Assembly: GCA_028714035.1 (NCBI GenBank)
Contig: JAQTNA010000017.1
Coordinates: 6,750-70,749, forward strand
Source: Rhodocyclaceae bacterium
Lineage (GTDB): Bacteria > Pseudomonadota > Gammaproteobacteria > Burkholderiales > Rhodocyclaceae
Length of the DNA stretch: 64,000 nucleotides
Reading direction: 5' to 3'
Below are positions 48,428 to 58,736 of this stretch, piece after piece; the first letter of the stretch is position 1; every line of letters begins with the position of its first letter. The translations under genes were made by a program, and so were the position numbers. Under the pieces are notes generated by a model. That model was not told where the DNA came from, made no database searches, and worked only from the letters and a program-made list of their open reading frames with translations.

Positions 48428-48829
48428 ATGAGCGAACAAACCTACTCCATTTCCGAGCTTGCCGCCGAATTCGGCGTCACGCCCCGTACCATACGCCACT
48501 ACGAGGAGCAGGGCCTGCTTTCGCCCGGGCGCGAGGGCTTGCTGCGGGTCTATTCGAAGCGGGATCGTACCCGGCTCAAGCTGACCCTGCGCGGCAAGCG
48601 CCTGGGGCTGGCGCTGGCGGATATCCGCTACCTCATGGACCTTTACCACACGGCACCGGACGAATCCAGCCAACTGGAAAAATTCCTGGTGGTGCTCGCC
48701 GAACGCCGTGCGGCCTTGGAGCAGCAGCGCCGCGACCTGGAAGAGGTTCTGGGGGAGGTCGTCGCCTTCGAAGACCAGTGCCGCCAAATCCTCGAATCCC
48801 GCGCCTCCACCAAGACCTCCAAGGCCTGA
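48428..48829 (+). CDS. liuR: MerR-family transcriptional regulator, LiuR-like
   Basis: 133 aa. The HTH segment is YSISELAAEFGVTPRTIRHYEEQGLLSP. It heads an isovaleryl-CoA / methylcrotonyl-CoA catabolic cluster, which is the LiuR context. Confidence 0.85.
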   Translation: MSEQTYSISELAAEFGVTPRTIRHYEEQGLLSPGREGLLRVYSKRDRTRLKLTLRGKRLGLALADIRYLMDLYHTAPDESSQLEKFLVVLAERRAALEQQRRDLEEVLGEVVAFEDQCRQILESRASTKTSKA

Positions 48830-48847
48830 GCGTTGTTCGGCATGTGG

Positions 48848-48895
48848 CGGGCAAGTCTAGTTGACGTTGACGTTAGCGTCAACTAGACTTGCCCG
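48848..48895. promoter_or_regulatory. perfect 19-bp inverted repeat with embedded TTGACG-N4-CGTCAA palindrome and sigma70-like promoter; candidate LiuR operator
   Basis: CGGGCAAGTCTAGTTGACG (48848-48866) is the exact reverse complement of 48877-48895. The inner palindrome TTGACGTTAGCGTCAA is at 48867-48882. A TTGACG (48861-48866), 17-nt spacer and TAGACT (48884-48889) form a promoter-like arrangement. It lies between liuR and the first liu structural gene. Confidence 0.5.
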
Positions 48896-48929
48896 ACGAA
48901 TTCAAATCGGACCTCGCAAGGAGCCCTTC

Positions 48930-49409
48930 ATGCCGATTCCACGCCCCATCCTTCACTTTGAGCCCCGGGATCCGGACTGGGAAGAAAAGGTGCGTACCAG
49001 CTTCGCCCGTCAGGGCGCGATGGGCCTGATCGGGGCGGAACTGTCCGGCCTGGCGCCCGGTTGGTGCGAGATCCGCATGCCTTTCCGTCCCGATCTGACC
49101 CAGCAGCATGGTTTCTTTCATGCCGGCATCACCACCACGGCGGTGGACTCCGCCGCCGGCTACGCGGGTTTTACGCTCATGGCGCCGAACACCTCCGTGT
49201 TGTCGGTGGAGTTCAAGATCAACCTCCTGGCGCCGGCGGACGGCGAGCTGCTCATCGCCACCGGGGAGGTGGTGAAGCCGGGCCGCAATCTGGTGATCTG
49301 CCGGGGCGACGCCTGGGTGGTGAAGCACGGCAAAGCCACTCACTGCGCCATGATGCAGCAGACCCTCATGACCATGCACGGCAAGCCGGACAAGACCGAC
49401 ATGTCCTGA
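48930..49409 (+). CDS. PaaI-family (hotdog fold) thioesterase
   Basis: Track ORF 48861..49409 is trimmed to ATAGGAG-type RBS AAGGAG plus ATG 48930. HGFFHAGITTTAVDSAAGYAG...SVEFKINLLAPA is the PaaI/YdiI pattern. Confidence 0.85.
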   Translation: MPIPRPILHFEPRDPDWEEKVRTSFARQGAMGLIGAELSGLAPGWCEIRMPFRPDLTQQHGFFHAGITTTAVDSAAGYAGFTLMAPNTSVLSVEFKINLLAPADGELLIATGEVVKPGRNLVICRGDAWVVKHGKATHCAMMQQTLMTMHGKPDKTDMS

Positions 49410-49469
49410 ATAAGATAGGCCGAGCCGCGGTCCGGCACGGAATTTCAAGAACAATAGGGAGACAAGAAG

Positions 49470-50636
49470 ATGATCGGACTCGATTTCGCCTTGGGCGAGA
49501 CCCTGGAAATGTTGCGCGATACGGTCAAGGATTTTGCCGACAAGGAAATCGCGCCCCGTGCGGCGGAAGTGGATCGAACGGACCAGTTCCCCATGGATTT
49601 ATGGCGCAAGTTCGGCGATCTTGGCTTGTTGGGCATTACCGTCGAGGAGCAGTACGGCGGCAGCGCCATGGGCTATCTGGCCCACGTCGTGGCGCTGGAG
49701 GAAATTTCCCGGGCCTCCGCCTCGGTGGGGCTGTCCTACGGCGCCCATTCCAATCTTTGCGTGAATCAGATGCGCCGCAACGGCACCGAGGCGCAGAAGC
49801 GGAAATACCTGCCCGGCCTGATCTCCGGCGAGCACATAGGCGCCCTGGCCATGTCCGAAACCGGTGCCGGCTCCGACGTGGTTTCGATGCGCCTCGCCGC
49901 CACGAAGAAGGGCGACCGTTACCTGTTGAACGGCAGCAAGATGTGGATCACGAACGGGCCGGATGCCCACACCCTCATCGTCTATGCCAAGACCGACCCG
50001 GCCGCGGGCGCCAAGGGCATTACCGCCTTCATCGTGGAGAAGGGCTTCGCCGGTTTCTCGGTGGCGCAGAAGCTGGACAAGCTGGGCATGCGCGGTTCCC
50101 ATACCGGTGAGCTGGTGTTCCAGGATTGCGAGGTGCCTGAAGAGAACGTGCTGGGCGGCGTGGGCAACGGCGTCAAGGTGCTCATGAGCGGCCTGGACTA
50201 CGAGCGCGCCGTGCTCTGCGGCGGCCCCCTGGGCATCATGGCCGCCTGCATGGATGTGGTGGTTCCCTATCTCCATGAGCGCAAACAGTTCGGGCGGGCC
50301 ATCGGCGAGTTTCAGCTCATGCAGGGCAAGATCGCCGACATGTATACGACCTGGCAGGCGACCCGTGCCTATGTCTACGCCGTCGGCCAGGCCTGCGACC
50401 GCCAGGATCATTCCCGTGCCCTGAGGAAGGACGCGGCGGGTGCCATCCTGTACAGTGCCGAGAAGGCGACCTGGATGGCGGGCGAGGCCATCCAGACCCT
50501 GGGCGGCAACGGCTATACGAACGAATATCCGGTCGGTCGCCTGTGGCGCGATGCCAAGCTCTACGAAATCGGCGCCGGCACCTCGGAAATCCGCCGCATG
50601 CTCATCGGCCGCGAGCTTTTCGCCGAGACCAACTGA
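49470..50636 (+). CDS. liuA: isovaleryl-CoA dehydrogenase
   Basis: 388 aa acyl-CoA dehydrogenase (…GSDVVSMRL…, [20 protein letters not shown]). Operon context with MCC subunits and HMG-CoA lyase supports the call. Confidence 0.92.
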   Translation: MIGLDFALGETLEMLRDTVKDFADKEIAPRAAEVDRTDQFPMDLWRKFGDLGLLGITVEEQYGGSAMGYLAHVVALEEISRASASVGLSYGAHSNLCVNQMRRNGTEAQKRKYLPGLISGEHIGALAMSETGAGSDVVSMRLAATKKGDRYLLNGSKMWITNGPDAHTLIVYAKTDPAAGAKGITAFIVEKGFAGFSVAQKLDKLGMRGSHTGELVFQDCEVPEENVLGGVGNGVKVLMSGLDYERAVLCGGPLGIMAACMDVVVPYLHERKQFGRAIGEFQLMQGKIADMYTTWQATRAYVYAVGQACDRQDHSRALRKDAAGAILYSAEKATWMAGEAIQTLGGNGYTNEYPVGRLWRDAKLYEIGAGTSEIRRMLIGRELFAETN

Positions 50637-50655
50637 ACGGGGCGGGAATGAGGTC

Positions 50656-51300
50656 ATGGACAAGCTGGGTAAACTCTTCGAAAACAACCGCGCCTGGTCG
50701 GAGCGCATGCTGGACCGGGATCCGGAGTTCTTCTCGCGGCTCCTCAAGCAGCAGGCCCCCGAATATCTCTGGATAGGCTGCGCCGACAGTCGGGTGCCAG
50801 CCAACGAGATCGTGGATCTGCTGCCAGGGGAGTTGTTCGTCCATCGCAACGTGGCGAACGTGGTGGTGCATACCGACCTCAACTGCCTGTCCGTGCTGCA
50901 ATTCGCGGTGGAAGTGCTTGGCGTGCGTCATGTCATGGTGGTGGGGCATTACGGCTGCGGCGGTCTGCGCGCGGCGCTGACCCGGCGCAAGGTGGGGCTT
51001 TCCGACAACTGGCTGCGGCATGTGCAGGACGTGATCAAGAAGCACGACGCCTACCTCCAGGGCTGGACCAGCCTGGATGAGCGCCATGACCGGCTTTGTG
51101 AGCTGAACGTCATCGAACAGGTCGTTAACGTGGCGGAAACGACCATCGTTCAGGATGCCTGGGCGCGGGGCCAGGAACTCATGGTACATGGCTGGTGTTA
51201 CAGCCTGGCCGACGGCCTGGTGCGGGATCTGGGCGTGAGCGCCAGCGACAACGACAGTTTGCAGAATTCTTACCAGGGGGCGCTGGCGGCGCTGCCTTGA
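50656..51300 (+). CDS. can: beta-class carbonic anhydrase
   Basis: Track ORF 50440..51300 is trimmed to ATG 50656. The zinc-ligand motifs are WIGCADSRVPANEI and VVGHYGCGG. Confidence 0.9.
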   Translation: MDKLGKLFENNRAWSERMLDRDPEFFSRLLKQQAPEYLWIGCADSRVPANEIVDLLPGELFVHRNVANVVVHTDLNCLSVLQFAVEVLGVRHVMVVGHYGCGGLRAALTRRKVGLSDNWLRHVQDVIKKHDAYLQGWTSLDERHDRLCELNVIEQVVNVAETTIVQDAWARGQELMVHGWCYSLADGLVRDLGVSASDNDSLQNSYQGALAALP

Positions 51301-51315
51301 ACCGGGAACCCATTC

Positions 51316-52923
<1,608 letters not shown>

Positions 52924-53022
52924 GTGAAAGGCGTGAGGAGTGAGGTGTCAGGAGTGAGGAGTAATAGTTGGCGGGCGCGTAGCGCCCGGTGATTTCAACC
53001 CCTCACCCCTCACCGCTCACGC
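52924..53022. repeat. intercistronic hairpin element D
   Basis: The left arm is made of GTGAGG words (GCGTGAGGAGTGAGGTGTCAGGAGTGAGGAG). The apex is CGGGCGC-GTA-GCGCCCG (52972-52988). The right arm is CCCCTCACCCCTCACCGCTCACGC. It begins right after the liuB stop. Confidence 0.8.
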
Positions 53023-53035
53023 AGTTGGAGAATCC

Positions 53036-53824
53036 ATGTTCCAAACCCTGGAAATCGAAATTTCGGCCGGCGTCGCCACGGTCTGGATGAACCGGCCAGA
53101 GGTGCATAACGCCTTTGACGAGGTTCTCATCGCGGAACTGGCGGCGGCCTTCCGGCAACTGGATGTGGACCCGGCGGTTCGAGTCATCGTGCTGGCCGGC
53201 CGGGGGCGGAGTTTTTCCGCCGGGGCGGACCTGAACTGGATGAAGCGGGCGGCCGGCTACGGCGTGGAACAGAACCTGGTGGATGCCAGGGCACTGGCCC
53301 ACATGCTGCGCACTCTGGCCGAGATGGGCAAGCCCAGCATCGCCCGGGTGCAGGGGGCGGCCATCGGCGGCGGCCTGGGCCTGGCGGCGGCCTGCGACAT
53401 CTGCGTGGCTTCCGCGGAGGCCAGCTTTGCCACCTCGGAAGTGCGCCTGGGTCTCCTGCCCGCCGCCATCAGTCCCTACGTCATCCGCGCCATGGGCGAG
53501 CGCCAGGCCCATCGTTATTTCCTCACGGCCGAGCGTTTCTCGGCGGCCAGGGCGAGGGAGATCGGCCTGGCGCACGAAGTCTGCGCCCCGGAAGAACTGG
53601 ACGCCAGGGTGGCGGAACTGGCCGGGATGTTGCTCTCCGGCGGCCCGCAAGCCCAGGCTGCGTCCAAGGAACTGATTCGCGCCGTGGCCAGCCATCCGGT
53701 GGATGATGCCCTGGCCATGGACACCGCGCGCCGCATCGCCGAATTACGCGCCACCCCGGAAGCGAAGGAAGGCCTCTCGGCCTTCCTGGAAAAGCGCCCG
53801 GCGGCCTGGACTCAACCTGGGTAA
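53036..53824 (+). CDS. liuC: methylglutaconyl-CoA hydratase (crotonase family)
   Basis: 262 aa. The enoyl-CoA hydratase fold is indicated by VIVLAGRGRSFSAGADLNWM and GAAIGGGLGLAAACD. It lies between the two MCC subunit genes. Confidence 0.9.
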   Translation: MFQTLEIEISAGVATVWMNRPEVHNAFDEVLIAELAAAFRQLDVDPAVRVIVLAGRGRSFSAGADLNWMKRAAGYGVEQNLVDARALAHMLRTLAEMGKPSIARVQGAAIGGGLGLAAACDICVASAEASFATSEVRLGLLPAAISPYVIRAMGERQAHRYFLTAERFSAARAREIGLAHEVCAPEELDARVAELAGMLLSGGPQAQAASKELIRAVASHPVDDALAMDTARRIAELRATPEAKEGLSAFLEKRPAAWTQPG

Positions 53825-53829
53825 TCAAG

Positions 53830-53946
53830 ATGTTCGAGAAGATACTGATCGCTAATAGAGGAGACCAGCCGCGAAGCGGCGTAGCGACGAAGTCAAATTG
53901 CCTTGCACGCGTAGCGTGCTCAGGCGATGATGCCGCGGAGGCATGA
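53830..53946 (+). other. 38-codon mini-ORF whose first 11 codons synonymously duplicate the liuD start
   Basis: ATGTTCGAGAAGATACTGATCGCTAATAGAGGA (53830-53862) and ATGTTTGAGAAAATTCTGATCGCAAACCGCGGC (53946-53978) both encode MFEKILIANRG. All 8 nucleotide differences are synonymous. The mini-ORF ends at TGA 53944-53946, out of frame with liuD. Confidence 0.5.
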
Positions 53947-55952
53947 TGTTTGAGAAAATTCTGATCGCAAACCGCGGCGAAATCGCCTGCCGGGTCATCA
54001 AGACGGCGCGGCGCATGGGCATACGCACGGTGGCCGTGTACTCGGAAGCCGATGCCGGCAGTCGGCATGTGCGCCTGGCCGACGAGGCGGTGCTCATCGG
54101 GCCCGCGCCCGCCCGGGAGTCCTATCTCCTGCCGGAGGCGATACTCGCCGCCTGCCGGCGTACGGGTGCCGAAGCCGTGCATCCGGGCTACGGCTTCCTG
54201 TCGGAGAACCCGGCATTTGCCGAGGCCTGCGCCGAGGCCGGCGTCGTCTTCATCGGCCCGCCCGCTTCTTCCATACGCGCCATGGGCTCCAAGACCGCGG
54301 CCAAGCAGTTGATGGAGAAGGCCGGCGTGCCCCTGGTGCCGGGCTACCATGGTGACGACCAGGACGCGGGGCTCCTGAAGTGCGAGGCTCAGGCCATCGG
54401 TTTCCCGGTGCTCATCAAGGCGGCCTCCGGGGGCGGCGGCAAGGGCATGCGGGTGGTGCGGGAAGCGGGCGAGTTCGAGTCGGCCCTGGCGGCGGTGAAG
54501 CGGGAGGCGCAAACGAGCTTCGGCGACGACCAAGTGCTGATCGAGCGTTATCTGCAAAGGCCGCGCCACATCGAGATTCAGGTGTTCGGCGACACGCAGG
54601 GCAACTACGTCCATCTCTTCGAGCGGGATTGCTCGGTGCAGCGCCGTCACCAGAAGGTGCTGGAGGAGGCGCCCGCCCCCGGCATGAGCCCGGAGCGGCG
54701 CGCGGCCATGGGCCAGGCCGCCGTGGATGCGGCAAGGGCCGTGGGCTACGTGGGTGCCGGCACGGTGGAGTTCATCGCTGACCAGGACGGCTCTTTCCAT
54801 TTCATGGAAATGAACACCCGCCTCCAGGTGGAGCACCCGGTGACGGAGATGATCACCGGCCTGGATCTGGTGGAATGGCAATTGCGGGTGGCCTCGGGCG
54901 AGCCCCTGCCGCTCGCCCAGGAGCAGTTGGGCATCCGGGGGCATGCCCTGGAGGCGCGCATCTACGCCGAAGACCCGGACAAGGGCTTCCTGCCTTCCAC
55001 CGGGCGGCTGGTGTACCTGGCTCCCCCGTCCGAAGACCTGCACGTGCGGGTGGATACGGGCGTCGAGCAGAACGACGAGATTTCTCCCCATTACGATCCC
55101 ATGATCGCCAAGCTGATCGTCTGGGACGAGAACCGGGGTGCCGCCCTGGCCCGCATGCGCCAGGCCCTGGCGAGCTACCGGGTGGTGGGCGTGGCCAACA
55201 ATGTCTCCTTCCTCTCCCGGCTCATCGCCTGCCCGGCCTTCGCGGGAGGCGACCTGGACACGGGCCTGATCGAGCGGGAGCAGGACTTCCTCTTCCCGGC
55301 CGCCGTGGTGGTGCCCCGGGAAGCCTGGCTGGCGGTCGCCATGGCCGAACTGCTGCGGGAGGGCGTTCTCGCCCGGCGCGCCGCCGCCCGCGACCCGGAC
55401 CCCCATTCCCCCTGGCATGTGCGGGACGGCTGGCGCCTCAACCGCGACGGTCGGCGCAGCCTGCGTTTCCGCCATGGCGAAAACGAGAAGGAGGTGCGGG
55501 TGAGCGGCACCGGTCCCCTCCTGTCCCTGGAACTGGATGGCCAGACTAGCCTGGTGGGTGGCGAGTTGCGGGGCGAGGACCGGGTGCTGCTGGACCTGGA
55601 TGGCCGGCGCCTGACGGTGGCGGTGGTTGCGGCCGGGGTGCGGCGCCACGTCTTCCTGGACGGCCGGGTTTTCGCCTTCGCCGATGTGGATCCCTTGTTC
55701 CACGCCGGGGAGGGCTGCGGCGCCGAGGGCAGTCTCACCGCGCCGATGCCGGGCAAGATCATCGCGCTCCTGGTTCAGACGGGCAGCCGGGTGGACAAGG
55801 GCACGCCGCTGGTGATCCTGGAAGCCATGAAAATGGAGCATACCCTGGCCGCCCCGTCCACCGGCACGGTCCAGGCCTACCGCTACTCCGTGGGGGATCA
55901 GGTGGCGGATGGCGCGGAACTGGTGGATTTCGAGCCGGAAGCCGCCGCATGA
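53943..55952 (+). CDS. liuD: methylcrotonyl-CoA carboxylase, biotin carboxylase / BCCP (alpha) subunit
   Basis: 669 aa. N-terminus (M)MFEKILIANRGEIACRVIKTARRMGI, an ATP-grasp domain, and the C-terminal biotinylation motif LEAMKMEH. The start is ATG 53943 or 53946. Confidence 0.94.
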   Translation: MMFEKILIANRGEIACRVIKTARRMGIRTVAVYSEADAGSRHVRLADEAVLIGPAPARESYLLPEAILAACRRTGAEAVHPGYGFLSENPAFAEACAEAGVVFIGPPASSIRAMGSKTAAKQLMEKAGVPLVPGYHGDDQDAGLLKCEAQAIGFPVLIKAASGGGGKGMRVVREAGEFESALAAVKREAQTSFGDDQVLIERYLQRPRHIEIQVFGDTQGNYVHLFERDCSVQRRHQKVLEEAPAPGMSPERRAAMGQAAVDAARAVGYVGAGTVEFIADQDGSFHFMEMNTRLQVEHPVTEMITGLDLVEWQLRVASGEPLPLAQEQLGIRGHALEARIYAEDPDKGFLPSTGRLVYLAPPSEDLHVRVDTGVEQNDEISPHYDPMIAKLIVWDENRGAALARMRQALASYRVVGVANNVSFLSRLIACPAFAGGDLDTGLIEREQDFLFPAAVVVPREAWLAVAMAELLREGVLARRAAARDPDPHSPWHVRDGWRLNRDGRRSLRFRHGENEKEVRVSGTGPLLSLELDGQTSLVGGELRGEDRVLLDLDGRRLTVAVVAAGVRRHVFLDGRVFAFADVDPLFHAGEGCGAEGSLTAPMPGKIIALLVQTGSRVDKGTPLVILEAMKMEHTLAAPSTGTVQAYRYSVGDQVADGAELVDFEPEAAA

Positions 55953-55966
55953 AACAAAATAAAGCA

Positions 55967-56105
55967 ATTGATTTACCGCAGAGGCGCAGAGGCGCAGAGA
56001 AAACAGGAGCTCGGGGAAGTTTTCAGCCTCACCAAATGGATGAAATGGAAACCGGCGAATACTTATTGTCTTTCCTCTGCGCCTCTGCGTCTCTGCGGTT
56101 CAAAC
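55967..56105. repeat. MITE-like interspersed element, copy 3
   Basis: Termini TTTACCGCAGAGGCGCAGAGGCGCAGAGAAAA and TTTCCTCTGCGCCTCTGCGTCTCTGCGGTTCAAAC. The conserved block GAGGTTTCCATGATG that follows contains the liuE start codon. Confidence 0.8.
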
Positions 56106-56115
56106 AGAGGTTTCC

Positions 56116-57033
56116 ATGATGAAACTACCTGAACAGGTACGGATCGTCGAGGTGGGGCCACGGGATGGGCTCCAGAACGAGAAGCAGGTCGTCCCCACCG
56201 AGGTCAAGCTGGAACTCATCGGGAGGCTCGCCGCTTGCGGCCTCTCGTCCATCGAGGCGACGGCCTTCGTCTCGCCGAAATGGGTGCCGCAGATGGCGGA
56301 CGCGGCCCAGGTCATGGCCGGACTCGAAGCCCGACCCGGCCTCTCCTACCCGGTGCTGGTGCCCAACGAGAAGGGGCTGGAGGCGGCGCTCAAGGCCGGA
56401 GCCCGGGAGGTGGCCGTGTTCGGGGCGGCCTCGGAGGCTTTCTCGCAAAAGAACATCAACTGCTCCATCGCGGAGAGCCTGGCGCGCTTCCGGCCGGTGG
56501 TGGCGCGGGCGCTCGCCGCGGGCCTCACGGTGCGAGGCTATGTCTCCTGCGTCGTGGGCTGTCCCTACCAGGGCGAAGTGGCACCCGAGGCCGTGGCCCA
56601 GGTGGCGGGGGCGTTGTCAGAGATGGGCTGCTACCAGGTTTCCCTGGGCGACACCATAGGCGTGGGTACGCCGGCCAGGGTGCTGGACATGCTGGAGGTC
56701 GTGCGCCGGAGGGTGCCGGTGGAGCGGCTCGCGGGACATTTCCACGATACCTACGGCATGGCCATCGCCAACATCTATGCCTCGCTCCAGGCGGGGCTAA
56801 GTTGTTTCGACAGCTCGGTGGCCGGTCTGGGAGGCTGCCCCTACGCGGCGGGCGCCTCCGGCAACGTGGCGACGGAGGACGTGGTCTGGCTGCTCGCCGG
56901 CCTGGGCATCGCCTCCGGCGTGGACCTGGATAAGTTGCTGGAAACCAGCGCCTGGATATCCGCCCGGCTGGGCCGGGAACCGAACTCCCGGGTCGCCCGT
57001 GCCCTGTTGGTAAAAAAATCCGGACCGGCCTGA
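56116..57033 (+). CDS. liuE: hydroxymethylglutaryl-CoA lyase
   Basis: 305 aa. VRIVEVGPRDGLQNEK, HFHDTYGMA and GLGGCPYA are the HMGL signature segments. Confidence 0.94.
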   Translation: MMKLPEQVRIVEVGPRDGLQNEKQVVPTEVKLELIGRLAACGLSSIEATAFVSPKWVPQMADAAQVMAGLEARPGLSYPVLVPNEKGLEAALKAGAREVAVFGAASEAFSQKNINCSIAESLARFRPVVARALAAGLTVRGYVSCVVGCPYQGEVAPEAVAQVAGALSEMGCYQVSLGDTIGVGTPARVLDMLEVVRRRVPVERLAGHFHDTYGMAIANIYASLQAGLSCFDSSVAGLGGCPYAAGASGNVATEDVVWLLAGLGIASGVDLDKLLETSAWISARLGREPNSRVARALLVKKSGPA

Positions 57034-57041
57034 TGAACGGA

Positions 57042-57863
57042 TCAACTGCCGGAGAAGCGGGGCGGGCGCTTCTCCAGGAAGGCGGCCACCGCTTCCAGGT
57101 GATCCGCCGTGTTGTGGCAGACGCCCTGGAACATGGCGCATTGATCCAGGAAGTCGGGCAGTTCCATGCGCTGGGCGGACTTCATCAGACGCTTGGCCAG
57201 ACGCAGGGCCTGGGGCGGCTTGGCGGCGAAACTTGCGGCCAGGGCCAGGGCGCGCGGCAGGAGTTCATCCGGCGGCAGCACCTCCAGCAGCAGGCCCATG
57301 GATTTCGCTTCCTCGGCCCCCACGATGCGGCCGCTGAAGGTCATCTCGGCCGCCCGCTGGTAGCCGATCAGGCGTTGCAGGAAAAACGCGCCACCGTCGC
57401 CGGGAATGATGCCCAGGTTCACGAAGGTCTCGCCGAATTTGGCGTTCACCGAGCCGAGACGTATGTCCGCCATCGCGGCCAGATCGCAGCCCGCGCCGAT
57501 GGCCGGGCCGTTTACCGCGGCGATGAAGGGCACCTCCACCTGCTGCAGGGCCAGGCTCATGCGCTGTATGCCCAGTCGGTAGCGCTGTTGCACCGTGTAG
57601 GCGTCGCCGCCGAAGGCACCTTCCCGGTTCAGCATGTGCTTCACGTTGCCTCCGGCGCAGAAGGCGCTGCCGGCGCCGGTGAGCACCAGGGCCGAGACGG
57701 CCGCCTCCCGTTTGATCCATTCCACCACGGCCACCAGGTCGTCCACCAGCGCCGTGCCGGTCAGTTCGTTGCGCACGTCGTCCCGGTTCAGGGTCAGGAG
57801 CGCGACGCCGGCCTCGAAGGAGAGCAGGGCGTCGGTGAGGTTCGGCAGGGCAGGGCTGGTCAT
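57042..57863 (-). CDS. enoyl-CoA hydratase/isomerase family protein
   Basis: Only the last 273 codons of track ORF 57042..59681 are credible (ATG 57863: MTSPALPNLTDALLSF...). Crotonase motifs: LTGAGSAFCAGGNVKHM and NGPAIGAGCDLAAMAD. The upstream extension is antisense to two well-supported genes. Confidence 0.88.
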   Translation of the reverse strand: MTSPALPNLTDALLSFEAGVALLTLNRDDVRNELTGTALVDDLVAVVEWIKREAAVSALVLTGAGSAFCAGGNVKHMLNREGAFGGDAYTVQQRYRLGIQRMSLALQQVEVPFIAAVNGPAIGAGCDLAAMADIRLGSVNAKFGETFVNLGIIPGDGGAFFLQRLIGYQRAAEMTFSGRIVGAEEAKSMGLLLEVLPPDELLPRALALAASFAAKPPQALRLAKRLMKSAQRMELPDFLDQCAMFQGVCHNTADHLEAVAAFLEKRPPRFSGS

Positions 57864-57950
57864 GATGAAGTTCTCGGGCGGTGATATTGTTGGCGGCCGG
57901 ATCGGCTGCACTCGGCGGAAAATGGTAAATCTTAACAGGAGGAGATTCCA

Positions 57951-58736
57951 ATGAACGATCAAAGCTTGCTGCTGCGCCAGGATGATGCCGGTGTGGCCAC
58001 CCTCACCCTCAATCGCCCCCAGGCGCGAAACAGCCTGTCCCACGACCTGCTCCTGGAGCTGCTGGCGGCCTTCGCCGCCATCGCCAAGGACGAGAGCGTG
58101 CGGGTGGTGATCCTGGCGGGTGCCGGCCCGGCCTTCTGTTCCGGCCACGACCTGAAGGAATTGCGCTCCAAGGCGTATGACTGCGCCTTCACCGAGGAAT
58201 TGTTCCGGGACTGCGCCGAACTCATGCAGGCCATGGTGCGCCTGCCCAAGCCCATCATCGCCCAGGTGCACGGCATCGCCACGGCGGCCGGCTGCCAGCT
58301 GGTGGCGACTTGCGACCTGGCGGTGGCGGCGAGCGACGCGCGCTTCGCCACCCCCGGCGTGAATATCGGCCTGTTCTGCTCGACGCCCATGGTGGCCCTG
58401 TCGCGCAACGTGGCACCCAAGCAGGCCATGCAGATGCTGCTCACCGGGGACATGGTGGACGCGGCAACGGCGCTGCGCTTTGGCCTGGTGAACGACGTGG
58501 TGCCGCCGGAGGAACTGGCCGCGCGCACATTGTTGCTGGCGCGACAAATGGCGGCCAAATCCCCGGTTACACTGGCCATCGGCAAGGAAGCCTTCTACCG
58601 GCAGATGGAGATGCCCCTGGCCCAGGCTTACGAGTACACCCGCGAGGTGATGGTGAAGAACCTGGACTCGCTGGATGCCCGGGAAGGCATCGGCGCCTTC
58701 CTCGACAAGCGGAAGCCCGTGTGGTGCGGTAAGTAG
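57951..58736 (+). CDS. enoyl-CoA hydratase/isomerase family protein
   Basis: 261 aa with an AGGAGGA RBS. VVILAGAGPAFCSGHDLKEL and HGIATAAGCQLVATCD are crotonase motifs. Confidence 0.9.
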   Translation: MNDQSLLLRQDDAGVATLTLNRPQARNSLSHDLLLELLAAFAAIAKDESVRVVILAGAGPAFCSGHDLKELRSKAYDCAFTEELFRDCAELMQAMVRLPKPIIAQVHGIATAAGCQLVATCDLAVAASDARFATPGVNIGLFCSTPMVALSRNVAPKQAMQMLLTGDMVDAATALRFGLVNDVVPPEELAARTLLLARQMAAKSPVTLAIGKEAFYRQMEMPLAQAYEYTREVMVKNLDSLDAREGIGAFLDKRKPVWCGK

